This document shows, one piece after another, positions 24,651 to 34,636 of a stretch of DNA of 64,000 bases (within the stretch, counting starts at the first letter, position 1; each line of letters opens with the position of its first letter). Location: assembly GCA_963719495.1 (NCBI GenBank), contig CAVRCI010000014.1:166575-230574 (forward strand), written 5' to 3'. Below the pieces are notes generated by a model that saw only the letters and a program-made list of their open reading frames with translations, did not search any database and was not told the DNA's origin. The translations under genes and the position numbers were made by a program. This DNA comes from an uncultured Verrucomicrobiae bacterium. GTDB taxonomy: Bacteria > Verrucomicrobiota > Verrucomicrobiia > Chthoniobacterales > JAATET01.

Positions 24651-26675
24651 GTGGGCGTGGCTTTGATGGCGCGCGGAATGGGGGGTGCATTGGTGAGGTG
24701 CAAAATTTGGGGGTTGACGGCGTTGCTGCTGTCGGGCGTGGCGTCGGCTTCGTTGACGGCGGCGACTTTGAAATTTCGTGACGGCAGCGTGATGAAGGAC
24801 GTCGAGATCGTGACGCGGACGGAGGATGGGATCACGGTGAAGGTCAACGCGGGGATCATCCGTTTTCCGCTGACGGCGCTCGAGGCGATCGACGGGAGAC
24901 GGGCGGAGCCTCGGGCGGAGGTCGCCGCGAGCGAGGAAATGGTCGCGGCGGTGCCGGAGCCTGAGCCCGCGGCGGAACCGGATCTGTCGATGGTGGCGGC
25001 GGATTCCGAGCCGACTCCCGATCCGTGGGTGGTCGAGCCGGATCTCCCGACGTCGGACGGCGCGGATGACGGCGGGGCCGGGGATGCGACGACGATGATC
25101 GATGCGGGGGATTCGGGTCGCTCCGTGGCCGCTGGCCGGTGGAGCTTTGCCCTCGTGCTGCTGGGAATCCTCGTGGGTGGCGGGTTGTGGATGCGGTGCG
25201 TGCAGGCGGTGCAGAAGAACGTGTGGAAACGGGCCGGCGACGGACGCGGGTGGGCGTTGGTCGCGTTGGTTCTGCCGCTGGTCGGGGCGGGGATTTATTT
25301 TGCGTGGCGGGGGCTCGTCGCGATCTTCCCGGGGTCGAAGAAGCGGAAAAAAAAGAGCGCGCCGCCCGCGGAGGATCCGGCGCAGGGAATGCGCCTGAGC
25401 GGCACCGGATTGTCGTGGAAGGATCGGAAGGTTCCGCCGCTCGAAACCGTGGTGCCGGCTGCGAGCGCGGAGGGCGGGTTGGAATTTTTGGGCATCGAAA
25501 CGGCGGGCGCGGCAACGAGCGGGGCGCTGGTGTCCGGCCTGGACACGGCGAAGGAAGTGCTCGAGGAGGCGCTGCGGGAGCGGGCGAGCGACGTGCACAT
25601 CGAGCCGTCGGACGGGAATTACCGCGTGCGGCATCGGCTGGACGGCGTGCTGCAGGAGAAGCGGACGCTGGAGACCGTGGACGGCAAGCGGTTGGTGACG
25701 TCGATCAAGACGTTGGCGGAGATCGACGTGTCGGAGAAACGACGGGCGCAGGATGGGAAATTCCGCGTGCGGATGGATGGGCGTCGGGTGGATTTCCGGG
25801 TCGCGACGGCGAATTCGATTTACGGCGAGAAGGTCGTCATTCGGGTGCTCGACCACGCGAGTGGGATTCTCGATCTCAAGGCGCTCGGGATGGGGGACGC
25901 GATGCTGGACGTTTTCAAGGCGACGGTGCAGGCGAAGAATGGAATGATCCTCGCGACCGGGCCGACCGGGTCGGGGAAAACGTCGACGCTCTACGCGACG
26001 CTGCGCGAGCTCGACGCGAATCGGCTCAACATCATGACCATCGAGGATCCGGCGGAATACGAGTTGCCGGGCGCGACCCAGATCGCGGTGAATCCGAAGG
26101 CGGGCATCACCTACGAAAGCGGTTTGCGGTCGATTCTGCGGCAGGATCCGGACGTCATTCTGGTGGGGGAAATGCGGGACGCGGAGGCTTCGGTGGTGGC
26201 GCTGCGGGCGGCGCTCACGGGGCATCTGGTGCTGAGTTCGCTGCACACGAAGGACGCGATTGGGACGATCTCGCGACTGCAGGACATGGGGATCGAGCGG
26301 TATCAGGTGGCCTCGGCGCTGTTGATGATCGTGGCGCAGCGTCTGGTGCGGATGTTGTGCGAGGAGTGCCGGAAGCCTTACGAGGCGACGGGGGACGAGT
26401 TGGACGCGATCGGGTTTTCGTTCGATTCGGGATCGACGCTTTACTCGGCGGGTGGGTGCGCGGCTTGTCGGGACACGGGGTATCGGGGGCGGACGGGATT
26501 GTTCGAGTTGCTGGTGCTCGACGACGAGGTGCGGAAGGCGATCGGAGACGGGATCGGCGAGACGGCGTTGCTGGAAATGGTGAAGGCGAAGGATTTTCGA
26601 AGCTATCGGCACGACGGTGCCGAGAAGGTGCTGATGGGGCTGACGACGGTCGAAGAGGTGCTCGAAGCAAGCTGA
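24651..26675 (+). CDS. GspE/PilB-family secretion ATPase with N-terminal membrane segments
   Basis: ASDVHIEP, GPTGSGKT, TIEDPAE, LRQDPDVILVGEMRD, CxxC...CxxC; start uncertain. Confidence 0.9.
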   Translation: MGVALMARGMGGALVRCKIWGLTALLLSGVASASLTAATLKFRDGSVMKDVEIVTRTEDGITVKVNAGIIRFPLTALEAIDGRRAEPRAEVAASEEMVAAVPEPEPAAEPDLSMVAADSEPTPDPWVVEPDLPTSDGADDGGAGDATTMIDAGDSGRSVAAGRWSFALVLLGILVGGGLWMRCVQAVQKNVWKRAGDGRGWALVALVLPLVGAGIYFAWRGLVAIFPGSKKRKKKSAPPAEDPAQGMRLSGTGLSWKDRKVPPLETVVPAASAEGGLEFLGIETAGAATSGALVSGLDTAKEVLEEALRERASDVHIEPSDGNYRVRHRLDGVLQEKRTLETVDGKRLVTSIKTLAEIDVSEKRRAQDGKFRVRMDGRRVDFRVATANSIYGEKVVIRVLDHASGILDLKALGMGDAMLDVFKATVQAKNGMILATGPTGSGKTSTLYATLRELDANRLNIMTIEDPAEYELPGATQIAVNPKAGITYESGLRSILRQDPDVILVGEMRDAEASVVALRAALTGHLVLSSLHTKDAIGTISRLQDMGIERYQVASALLMIVAQRLVRMLCEECRKPYEATGDELDAIGFSFDSGSTLYSAGGCAACRDTGYRGRTGLFELLVLDDEVRKAIGDGIGETALLEMVKAKDFRSYRHDGAEKVLMGLTTVEEVLEAS

Positions 26676-27298
26676 TGATCTGGACGATTCTGGCGATTGT
26701 GGCCCTCGCGGGGCCGACCCTCTACCGGGCGTGGCTGGGATGGCGCGACGGGGCGGCGACCGAGATGCGCATCGTGATCGTGGCGTTGTTCGCGGTGTTG
26801 CTGGCGCTGCATTTCTGGAAGCCGGCGACGGATTTTCTGGTGGGCGCTCTCCCGACGAATCCGCGATTTTTGGCCCTGGCCGCGTTCACGGGATTGACCG
26901 CGATCGGAGTCGCGGCCGCGGGGTTCGCGGTGCGGCTGAAGGGGTATTCGTTCTTTGAAAAGAAGTCGAACCGGGTCGATCAGCTGTTGGGAGTCGCCGC
27001 GGGTCTGGTGAGTGGCGCGCTCATCGGCAGCACGTTTGCGCTGGTGCTGGTGATCGCGCTGCCGGTGTATTTCGCCGATCCGGAGAAGCCGGATATGGCG
27101 CAGAAGATCGGAGTGTGGCCGATGCGGTTGTGTCGGGAGGTCGAGCGGCTGGTGGGGGTGCCGACGGGGAGTGCGGCGCGCACGAAATTCCCGGCGATCC
27201 AATTCGAGCAACGCGAAATCGAGCCGGACGACGATGCCCCGGAGGCCGAGGCGGGGATGCGAATGGTGGTGCGGGAGCCGGTGGTGGTGTGGCGGTAG
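26675..27298 (+). CDS. CvpA-like membrane protein
   Basis: ATG overlaps the upstream stop; four TM segments; GWRDG...DQLLGVAAGLVSG pattern. Confidence 0.6.
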   Translation: MIWTILAIVALAGPTLYRAWLGWRDGAATEMRIVIVALFAVLLALHFWKPATDFLVGALPTNPRFLALAAFTGLTAIGVAAAGFAVRLKGYSFFEKKSNRVDQLLGVAAGLVSGALIGSTFALVLVIALPVYFADPEKPDMAQKIGVWPMRLCREVERLVGVPTGSAARTKFPAIQFEQREIEPDDDAPEAEAGMRMVVREPVVVWR

Positions 27299-27328
27299 GT
27301 TGGCGGTAGGTTGGCGGTAGGTTGGCGG
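27290..27328. repeat. 11-bp tandem repeat TGGCGGTAGGT (about 3.5 copies)
   Basis: Read directly across the CvpA-like stop codon. Confidence 0.8.
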
Positions 27329-27501
27329 GCGGGGCTGCGATCCCTTCTGGATCGAAATTCTTGGTTTCGAGGTTTCCGGGGGTTTTCAACCCCCGGCTAC
27401 CGGGGCTTTGATCCCTTCGGGATCGTGGCGGTGAGGGTTGCAAATCCTTGGACTCGCGGGTAGACATTGCCGCCCGGCGACGGAGCCGGGACCTTATTTT
27501 T

Positions 27502-27921
27502 ATGGAAACGACACTGATTCTTCTCAAGCCCGACTGCGTGACCAAGGGTCATTGTGGTGAAGTCATCAAGCGATTCGAGGCCGCTGGCTTCAAGATCCGG
27601 GGCTGCAAGATGATGGCGCTGGGTGCGCCGGTGCTGCGGGAGCATTACGCGCACATCGCGGACAAGCCGTTCTTTCCGGAGGTCGAGCAGTTCATGCGGT
27701 CGAGTCCGGTGATCGCGCTGGCGCTGGCGGGGGACCGGGCGATCGAGCGGGTGCGGGATCTTCTGGGCCCGACGGATTCGCAGGCGGCGGCTCCGGGGAC
27801 GATCCGGGGCGACCTGGGCGTGGACAAGATGGTGAACGTCTGCCACGCGTCGGATTCGTCCGAGGCGGCGGACGTGGAACTGAAGCGCTTCTTCAACGAA
27901 GGCGAGTTGCTCGACTGGTAG
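27502..27921 (+). CDS. ndk: Nucleoside diphosphate kinase
   Basis: TLILLKPD, PGTIRGD, NVCHASDS. Confidence 0.97.
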   Translation: METTLILLKPDCVTKGHCGEVIKRFEAAGFKIRGCKMMALGAPVLREHYAHIADKPFFPEVEQFMRSSPVIALALAGDRAIERVRDLLGPTDSQAAAPGTIRGDLGVDKMVNVCHASDSSEAADVELKRFFNEGELLDW

Positions 27922-27931
27922 GGCGTCTTCC

Positions 27932-28885
27932 ATGAGCGGGGACCACCACGATCACGGCCCGGCGAATTACAATCGCGCTTTCGCGATCGGGGTGGGGCTC
28001 AACACGGCCTACATCGTGGTGGAGGTGGTGGTCGGTCTGCGGATCGACTCGGTGGCGTTGCTGGCGGACGCGGGACACAACGCGAGCGACGTTCTGAGCC
28101 TGCTGCTCGCGTGGGGGGCGGCGGCTTTGGCTGGGAGCGCTCCGACGAAACGGCGGACTTATGGTTTACGGCGGACGTCGATCCTGGCGGCGTTGGCGAA
28201 TGCGATTTTGTTGCTGCTGGCGATCGGGGCGATCGCTTGGGAGGCGGTGCGGCGGTTCGGCGAGGACGTGGCGGTGCAGGGGGGGACGATGGCGGTGGTC
28301 GCGGGAATCGGGATCTTTGTGAACGCGGGGACGGCGATGCTTTTTGCGAAGGGTCGGGAGAAGGACATCAACATTCGCGGGGCGTATCTCCACATGGCGG
28401 CGGACGCGGCGGTGTCGGCTGGGGTGATGGCCGCGGGGGTGGCGATCGCGCTCACGGGATTGGATTGGATCGATCCGTTGGTGAGTCTGGCGATCGTGGC
28501 GGTGATCGCGGTGGGCACCTGGGGGTTGCTGCGGGACTCGGTGAATCTGGCGATCGACGCGGTGCCGGAGGGGATCGAGCCGGACGAAGTGCGGGCGTTT
28601 CTGGAGGGGCAGGACGGGGTGGAGGACGTGCACGATCTGCACATCTGGGCGATGAGCACGACTGAGACGGCGCTCACGGCGCACGTGGTGCGGTCGGCTG
28701 CGGGCGTAGACCCCCCCTACAAAACTTTGGTGCGGCCGCACCAAAGTTTTGTAGGGGGGGCGGGCGATGATTTTGCGACGCGGATGGGGCGGGAATTGCA
28801 CGACCGATTTGAGATCGCGCACGTGACGATTCAGGTGGAGGGGCCGGGGGAGGATTGCGGGGGGTGTGGGGTGGGAAATGCGTGA
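27932..28885 (+). CDS. Cation diffusion facilitator (CzcD/ZitB-like)
   Basis: ADAGHNASD, AYLHMAAD, VHDLHIW, HVTIQVE. Confidence 0.92.
   Translation: MSGDHHDHGPANYNRAFAIGVGLNTAYIVVEVVVGLRIDSVALLADAGHNASDVLSLLLAWGAAALAGSAPTKRRTYGLRRTSILAALANAILLLLAIGAIAWEAVRRFGEDVAVQGGTMAVVAGIGIFVNAGTAMLFAKGREKDINIRGAYLHMAADAAVSAGVMAAGVAIALTGLDWIDPLVSLAIVAVIAVGTWGLLRDSVNLAIDAVPEGIEPDEVRAFLEGQDGVEDVHDLHIWAMSTTETALTAHVVRSAAGVDPPYKTLVRPHQSFVGGAGDDFATRMGRELHDRFEIAHVTIQVEGPGEDCGGCGVGNA
28711..28760. repeat. Perfect 50-bp loop-less palindrome inside the CDF gene
   Basis: CCCCCCCTACAAAACTTTGGTGCGG|CCGCACCAAAGTTTTGTAGGGGGGG. Confidence 0.95.
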
Positions 28886-29060
28886 TCTCACGCGTGATCT
28901 GATTGCGGCGGCGCCAGCCGCCACGTCGTCCCAAATGGTGGGGCAGCCGCGCCGCGGGTGCCGTGGCTTTCACGCTCGCGCGTCCGTCGTGACGGGGATG
29001 CGTGGTCCTGCGGGCGGATTGGTGACGTATCGGGGACTGGTTCGTGAATGGGTTGCAACG

Positions 29061-29103
29061 GGTGACCAGAAGTGGGAACCCGGCGGCGCGGCTTCCCTAC
29101 CTT
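29061..29103. repeat. 43-bp dispersed GTAG-type REP-like repeat
   Basis: Identical copy at 54305-54347; diverged copies near 23108-23149 and (inverted) 28938-28962. Confidence 0.85.
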
Positions 29104-29193
29104 GGGGGGGGATTCTGTGAAAGCCGGGGCTTGGGTTGGGTTGTTGGCGCGGACGGACGTGGTGTATCCGGATTTGCTGGGGAGGGTGGGGTT

Positions 29194-30903
29194 GTGAGGT
29201 TTTCGTGGGGATCGAATTCAGGATCGAGGCGGCGGGCTGGCGAGTCGCCGGGCGTCGCGAGCCGGGTGGGGACTTCGTTTTTCTTCTCGATCTTTCTGGC
29301 GGTGGGGGTGGTGTTCTTGACCTTCATCGGGCTGGGGACGTGGCAGGCGGCGGAGACGTATTTCTGGAAGGCGGTGCCGGCGACCATCCTGTCGAGCGAG
29401 GTGACCGAGGATCTCGCGGAGGACGCGCCATTCGCGGTGGCGGTGCGATATTCCTACGATTGGGAGGGTCGGGAAATCACATCGGACCGCTACGCGCGGT
29501 CGGAGGAACGGGAGGGGGATTTCGCGACGGCGAGGGACCGGGTGGCGGCGATCCCGGCCGGGAGGGTGACGACGGCTTACGTGAATCCGGCCGCTCCGGA
29601 GGAGGCGGTGCTGCGGCGGAGCGACTTGTGGATCGGGCTGTTCGCGGTGATTCCGCTGGTCTTCGTCGGGGTCGGGGCGGTGGGGATTTACTCGCAGTGG
29701 AATCCGGCGGTGGCGGGTGGGGCGATGAGCGAGAGCCGCGTCGTTCCAAGGTCGGAGCACGTCGCGAAGGGCCGGCGGGCCGGGCTGCTGGGCGGCGGGA
29801 TTTTTTTCGCGGTCGGGTTCACGCTACTCGCCACGTTCATCGGCCCCAAGGTGCTCGGCGGCTGGGCTTCACGGGCCTGGGTGGAGGTGCCTTGCGAGGT
29901 GATTTCGAGCCGGGTGAAGTCCCATCGAGGGAGCGAAAGCACGACGTATAGCGTCGACGTTTTTTACCGCTACGCCTGGGAGGGTCGGGAGTATCAGTCG
30001 AACCGGTTCGACGTCTTCGGGGGTTCGTCCAGCGGATACGCGGCCAAGAAGGACATCGTGGCGGGATACCGGCCGGGGGAGGAGGCGGTGTGTTTCGTGA
30101 ATCCGGAGGCCCCGGCGGAGGCGGTGCTGCGACGGGGCGTGGGTTGGTCGGGTTGGGTGTTTGTCGCGATCCCGCTGATCTTCACGGTGGTGGGGGCGGC
30201 GGTGTTCGTGGGGAGCTGGCGGGCCGGACGGAGCGGTGGGAATGCGCGGGCGGCGCGGGTGATTCACGGGCAGACTTCGATGACGGAGGGGCCGGTGGTG
30301 CTGAAGGCTTCGAACGGACGGTGGGTGCGGCTGGCGTTGACGCTGGGGATCGCGTTGTTTTGGAACGGGATCGTGTCCGTTTTTGTCTGGCACGCGGTGG
30401 AGGATTTTCAGCGCGGGCGGCCGGATTGGTTTCTGACGATTTTCCTGGTGCCGTTCGTGGCGGTCGGGTCGTTGCTCGTTTCGGCGGTGGTCTCGGGCGT
30501 GGCGGGGTTGGCGAATCCGCGGTGCCGGTTGACGCTCGATCGGGCGCGGCCGCGGGTGGGTGGGCGGCTCGGGATCCGTTGGGAGATGCGCGGCGCGGTG
30601 CATCGGCTGGAGCGGCTGGTGATTATACTGGAGGGTGCGGAGGAGGCGACTTACACGCGGGGGACGACGACGAGCACGGACCGGCGGGTCTTCGCGCGGT
30701 TGCCGCTGGTGGAGCGGACGGCGCGGCTGGAGATGCACGAGGGATCGGGGGAGGTGCTGTTGCCGGCGGACGCGATGCCGACCTTCGCGACGGAGCACAA
30801 CAAGATCGAGTGGAAGATCCGGGTCTGGGGGAAGATCCCGTGGTGGCCGGATTTGAACGAGGAATACGGGGTCGAAGTGGCGCGGGCGGAGGAGCGGCGG
30901 TGA
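29194..30903 (+). CDS. Membrane protein with two DUF3592-like domains
   Basis: Repeated W..VP..I.SS.V...V.Y.Y.WEGRE...VNP.AP.EAVLRR modules between TM helices; start uncertain. Confidence 0.75.
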   Translation: MRFSWGSNSGSRRRAGESPGVASRVGTSFFFSIFLAVGVVFLTFIGLGTWQAAETYFWKAVPATILSSEVTEDLAEDAPFAVAVRYSYDWEGREITSDRYARSEEREGDFATARDRVAAIPAGRVTTAYVNPAAPEEAVLRRSDLWIGLFAVIPLVFVGVGAVGIYSQWNPAVAGGAMSESRVVPRSEHVAKGRRAGLLGGGIFFAVGFTLLATFIGPKVLGGWASRAWVEVPCEVISSRVKSHRGSESTTYSVDVFYRYAWEGREYQSNRFDVFGGSSSGYAAKKDIVAGYRPGEEAVCFVNPEAPAEAVLRRGVGWSGWVFVAIPLIFTVVGAAVFVGSWRAGRSGGNARAARVIHGQTSMTEGPVVLKASNGRWVRLALTLGIALFWNGIVSVFVWHAVEDFQRGRPDWFLTIFLVPFVAVGSLLVSAVVSGVAGLANPRCRLTLDRARPRVGGRLGIRWEMRGAVHRLERLVIILEGAEEATYTRGTTTSTDRRVFARLPLVERTARLEMHEGSGEVLLPADAMPTFATEHNKIEWKIRVWGKIPWWPDLNEEYGVEVARAEERR

Positions 30904-31340
30904 TGGCGGGCGGAACGGTCAGGATCGAGCTGGAGCGGGCGGACTACCAGCCCGGGGAGGAAATCCGCGGGCGGGTGGCGTGGTCGTCGGGCGAGCGGGT
31001 GATGCAGCTTTCGGTGCGGTTGTTTTGGCGGACGGAGGGGAAGGGGACAGGGGATCGCGGGACGGTCGAGGTATTGGATTTCGACGAGCCGGGTCCGGAT
31101 GGGGAACGGGGATTTTTGCTGCGGGCACCGGAGTGGCCGGTTAGTTTCTCCGGCGAACTGATTTCGCTGGTGTGGTCGGTCGAGGCGGTTTTGCGGCCCG
31201 GTGGGACGGCGCGGGCGGACGTGGTGGTTGCTCCGGCGGGGGTGGAACTCGATTTGCGGCGGCCCGAATGGCTGGTGACGGAGTCGACCGGAGGGTCGGT
31301 TTCGAAGTGGGTCGAGGCGTTGCGGATGCGCAAGCAATGA
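30903..31340 (+). CDS. Hypothetical protein (beta-sandwich, arrestin-like)
   Basis: Coupled ATG; YQPGEEIRGRV...PVSFSGELISLVWSVE. Confidence 0.65.
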   Translation: MAGGTVRIELERADYQPGEEIRGRVAWSSGERVMQLSVRLFWRTEGKGTGDRGTVEVLDFDEPGPDGERGFLLRAPEWPVSFSGELISLVWSVEAVLRPGGTARADVVVAPAGVELDLRRPEWLVTESTGGSVSKWVEALRMRKQ

Positions 31341-31966
31341 GGGCGCGGGAGAATCCGTTTCGCAGCGAGCGGGTCGAGGCGCTGGGGTTTCGCGGCGAGG
31401 GATTTTCGTGGGAGGTCGTGGAAGCGCGGCTGGAGGAAGTGGGCGGGCGGGGGGCCATAGTGGGCCCCTGTGGTCGGGGGAAGACGACGCTGCTGGGCGA
31501 GTGGTGCGCGCGGCGGCGGGAGCTGGACGGGGCTGCCCGAATGATTCGGATCCGCGAGGGGCAGCGGCGGCTGAAGCCCGAAGAGCGGGAGATCGCGCGG
31601 CGGACGGGCGGCGGGTGGGTGCTTCTGGATGGAGCGGAGCAGCTCGGGTGGCTCGGGTGGCGGGAATTTTTGCATCTGGTGAGGGGTTCGGGGCGGGTCG
31701 TGGTCTCGACCCACGAGGCGGGGCGGTTGCCGACGGTGTGGGAGTGTGCGAGCTCCGCGGGGTTGCTGCGCCGGTTGGTCGGTGAATTGGGTGGGGAAGC
31801 CGTTGACTGCGAGGCGATTTGGGGTCGGTGCCGGGGTGATCTGCGAATGGCCCTGCGGGACTTTTACGACCGGGCGGCGGCGAGCGGAGAAGGCGACGGA
31901 GGGGAGTGGAAAAGCGGTGCGATTTTCCGCGAAGTCCCACTTGCCATGACGGGGGGCGATGCCTAG
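31337..31966 (+). CDS. Small P-loop NTPase
   Basis: ENPF, GPCGRGKTT Walker A, VLLDGAEQ Walker B. Confidence 0.7.
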   Translation: MRARENPFRSERVEALGFRGEGFSWEVVEARLEEVGGRGAIVGPCGRGKTTLLGEWCARRRELDGAARMIRIREGQRRLKPEEREIARRTGGGWVLLDGAEQLGWLGWREFLHLVRGSGRVVVSTHEAGRLPTVWECASSAGLLRRLVGELGGEAVDCEAIWGRCRGDLRMALRDFYDRAAASGEGDGGEWKSGAIFREVPLAMTGGDA

Positions 31967-32110
31967 ATGTATAAGAAATTCTAATGCATCAGACTTTTCC
32001 GCCGATTGGACGGCTTTTTGGGGGGGCAATCCCTCTAAAAGCGTTGACGACGCCGGACTGGCGCAAGTAACACGCTAGTCCGCGATTTTTGGTCGCTGAC
32101 AGCTTCGGAA

Positions 32111-32800
32111 ATGCTCAAATATTTTTTCATCCTGTTCACTTTGGTCGTCGTGACGGTCGTCGCTGTGGCGGGTTTCCGTGGGCAGCACTCTTCGAAGCGG
32201 CCGATCGAGATCTTCCCGGACATGGATCACCAGCCCAAGGTGAAGGCTCAGAAGCCGAGTGATTTCTACGCGGATGGCGCGGGCACGCGGGTCCCGGTCG
32301 CCGGGACGGTGCCGATTGGATACTCGATGCCGCTCGAGGCGGGGGACCAATCGGAGGCTCAGGCTGCCGCGGGACCTTACAAATCGATTCGATTCGGGAA
32401 GGCTCCCGGCTACTTCGACACCGGGAAATTCGGCGATCAGTGGGGGACGGGCATTCCCTTCGAGGTCACCGCCGAGATCCTCGAGCGCGGCAAGCAACGC
32501 TACGAGATCAGCTGCGCGGTGTGCCACGGGGCAACCGGCGCGGGCAATGGCATCACCTCCCAGTACGGCATCGTGGGCATCGCGAATTTCCATCAGGAGA
32601 AGTTCCTCGAGATGGCGGACGGCGAAATCTACGACACGATCACGAACGGCAAGAATACGATGATGGGCTACGGCTACAACATCCAGGTCGCGGATCGTTG
32701 GGCAATCGTCGCCTACGTGCGGGCGCTTCAGCGGGCCCGACTTGGCACGATCGAAGACGTGCCGGAGGCCGACCGGGCAAAACTCGAATCTCAGGAATAA
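32111..32800 (+). CDS. Monoheme cytochrome c, alternative complex III ActE-like
   Basis: FPDMDHQPK, PVAGTVP, CAVCH, MMGY, DRWAIVAYVRALQ. Confidence 0.85.
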   Translation: MLKYFFILFTLVVVTVVAVAGFRGQHSSKRPIEIFPDMDHQPKVKAQKPSDFYADGAGTRVPVAGTVPIGYSMPLEAGDQSEAQAAAGPYKSIRFGKAPGYFDTGKFGDQWGTGIPFEVTAEILERGKQRYEISCAVCHGATGAGNGITSQYGIVGIANFHQEKFLEMADGEIYDTITNGKNTMMGYGYNIQVADRWAIVAYVRALQRARLGTIEDVPEADRAKLESQE

Positions 32801-32804
32801 CCGC

Positions 32805-34028
32805 ATGTCCGCTTCTCTGGAAAACGCCCACCACGCGCACTCGCACGCGACGATTCCGTCGGCCGAGACGTTCGATTACAAACACGTCGGCGGGAAATTC
32901 ATCATGCTCGGGCTCGTTGGCGGGCTCGCGCTGCTTGCCAGCTTCATCTGGGGCTTCTTCCAGCCCAAGCAGTTCGCGTTTTCCTACCTCTTCGGTTTCT
33001 ACTTTTTCTTCACCATTTGCATGGGCGGACTCTTTTGGACGCTTGTTCACCACGCGGTCGACGCCGAATGGTCGGTCACGGTGCGGCGCCAGATGGAAAA
33101 CATCGGGAGCCTCCTCCTCTTCGTCGGGATTCTTTTCATCCCACTGGTGTTCGTTAAGGATTACCTCTGGCACTGGATGACGCTCGATCCGGCGGACCAC
33201 CCGCTGCTGGCCTACAAACTACCTTACCTCACGGAGCCTTTCTTCTGGGCGCGCTGCGTTTTCTACTTCGGAGGTTTCGCCCTCGCCACTTACCTGCTCC
33301 GCCGTTTTTCGATCAAACAGGATGCCGATGGGAACCCGAAATACACCGTCTGGAATCGTAAGCTGACCTTCGCAACCCTGCCGTTCTTCGCGGTCGCCCT
33401 CACGTTCGCGGCCATCGATTACCTGATGGGCTTGAACTACGAATGGTTCTCCACGATGTGGGGTGTCTACGTCTTCGCCGGGAGCGCTCTCAGCTCCATG
33501 TGCGTGTTGGTTCTCATCATCACAGCGCTACGGAGCGCGGGCTACCTCAAGGAAGCGGTCACCATCGAGCATTACCACATCATGGGTAAGCTCATGTTCG
33601 CGTTCACCGTGTTCTGGGCCTACATCGGTTTCAGCCAATACATGCTCATCTGGTACGCGAACGTGCCGGAAGAAACCATCTGGTTCCTCCGCCGAAACAC
33701 CGAATCCTGGTGGTATCTGAGCCAGTTCATGGTCGTGGGCCACTTTTTCATTCCCTTCCTGATGCTGCTCCCGCAGCCGCTCAAGCGCAAGCCGGCCTAT
33801 CTGTGCGGGATGGCGGTCTGGATTCTGATCATGCACTTCATGGACGTCTACGTGATCATCCTGCCGGAGCTGCACCAGTCCGGCGTCTCGATTCACGTCC
33901 TCGATTTGCTCTGCCCACTCGGGATCGGCTGCCTCTTGGCGGCGATATTCCTCAAGCGGCTGGGTGATTCCTCGCTCTTCCCCGCGAAGGATCCGCGTCT
34001 GGCCCTCTCCATCAAACTCAAGAACTGA
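32805..34028 (+). CDS. Alternative complex III ActF-like membrane subunit
   Basis: About 10 TM; MGLNYEWFSTMWG, FWAYIGFSQYMLIWYANVPEE. Confidence 0.85.
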   Translation: MSASLENAHHAHSHATIPSAETFDYKHVGGKFIMLGLVGGLALLASFIWGFFQPKQFAFSYLFGFYFFFTICMGGLFWTLVHHAVDAEWSVTVRRQMENIGSLLLFVGILFIPLVFVKDYLWHWMTLDPADHPLLAYKLPYLTEPFFWARCVFYFGGFALATYLLRRFSIKQDADGNPKYTVWNRKLTFATLPFFAVALTFAAIDYLMGLNYEWFSTMWGVYVFAGSALSSMCVLVLIITALRSAGYLKEAVTIEHYHIMGKLMFAFTVFWAYIGFSQYMLIWYANVPEETIWFLRRNTESWWYLSQFMVVGHFFIPFLMLLPQPLKRKPAYLCGMAVWILIMHFMDVYVIILPELHQSGVSIHVLDLLCPLGIGCLLAAIFLKRLGDSSLFPAKDPRLALSIKLKN

Positions 34029-34636
34029 TGTCCTCCACCCACCATCCGGAATCCGCGGAGACGAAGTCCGCCTGGCCGATGTTTATCGGAGCGCTCGTGA
34101 TGATCGGCGCGTTCCTCGTGATCGCGCTGCTTCTCCGTGGCGTTGCTCCTTCCGGTGCGACCGATGACACCGAAAAGGCGGAAACCCGCCGCACAAATCT
34201 GGCCAGTCTCGAGGAAACGGATCATGAGGAACTGAACACCTACGGGTGGGTGGATCGGGAAAAAGGCTCCGTTCGACTTCCAATCGCGGAAGCGATGACC
34301 GCCGAAATCGCCCTGCTGAATCAACAGGAACCCCGTCCCGCGTATCCCGTCGCCACCCCGGCACCAGCCGTTGCGGCGGACGCGGCCCCGGCCGACGCCC
34401 CCGAGGGCGGCGCGGAAGCCGAAGCCAACCAGCCAGCCGAAGCCACCGCAGCGAAGCCGCCAGCCGGAGAATCATCCGAGACGACGTCGGCTCCCGAAGA
34501 GCCCGCCACCACTCCCGAGACGGCTGGCGGGCAATCAACGCCGACTTCGGAGGCCAAACCTTCCGCCACGCCGGGTGCGCCCGGTGCCGAACCAGCGGAG
34601 ACCGCAACCCCAGCACCGACCGTCGACCAGCCATGA
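34028..34636 (+). CDS. ActG-like single-TM protein with Ala/Pro/Glu-rich tail
   Basis: LNTYGWVDREKGSVRLPIAEAM motif; position after ActF. Confidence 0.6.
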   Translation: MSSTHHPESAETKSAWPMFIGALVMIGAFLVIALLLRGVAPSGATDDTEKAETRRTNLASLEETDHEELNTYGWVDREKGSVRLPIAEAMTAEIALLNQQEPRPAYPVATPAPAVAADAAPADAPEGGAEAEANQPAEATAAKPPAGESSETTSAPEEPATTPETAGGQSTPTSEAKPSATPGAPGAEPAETATPAPTVDQP

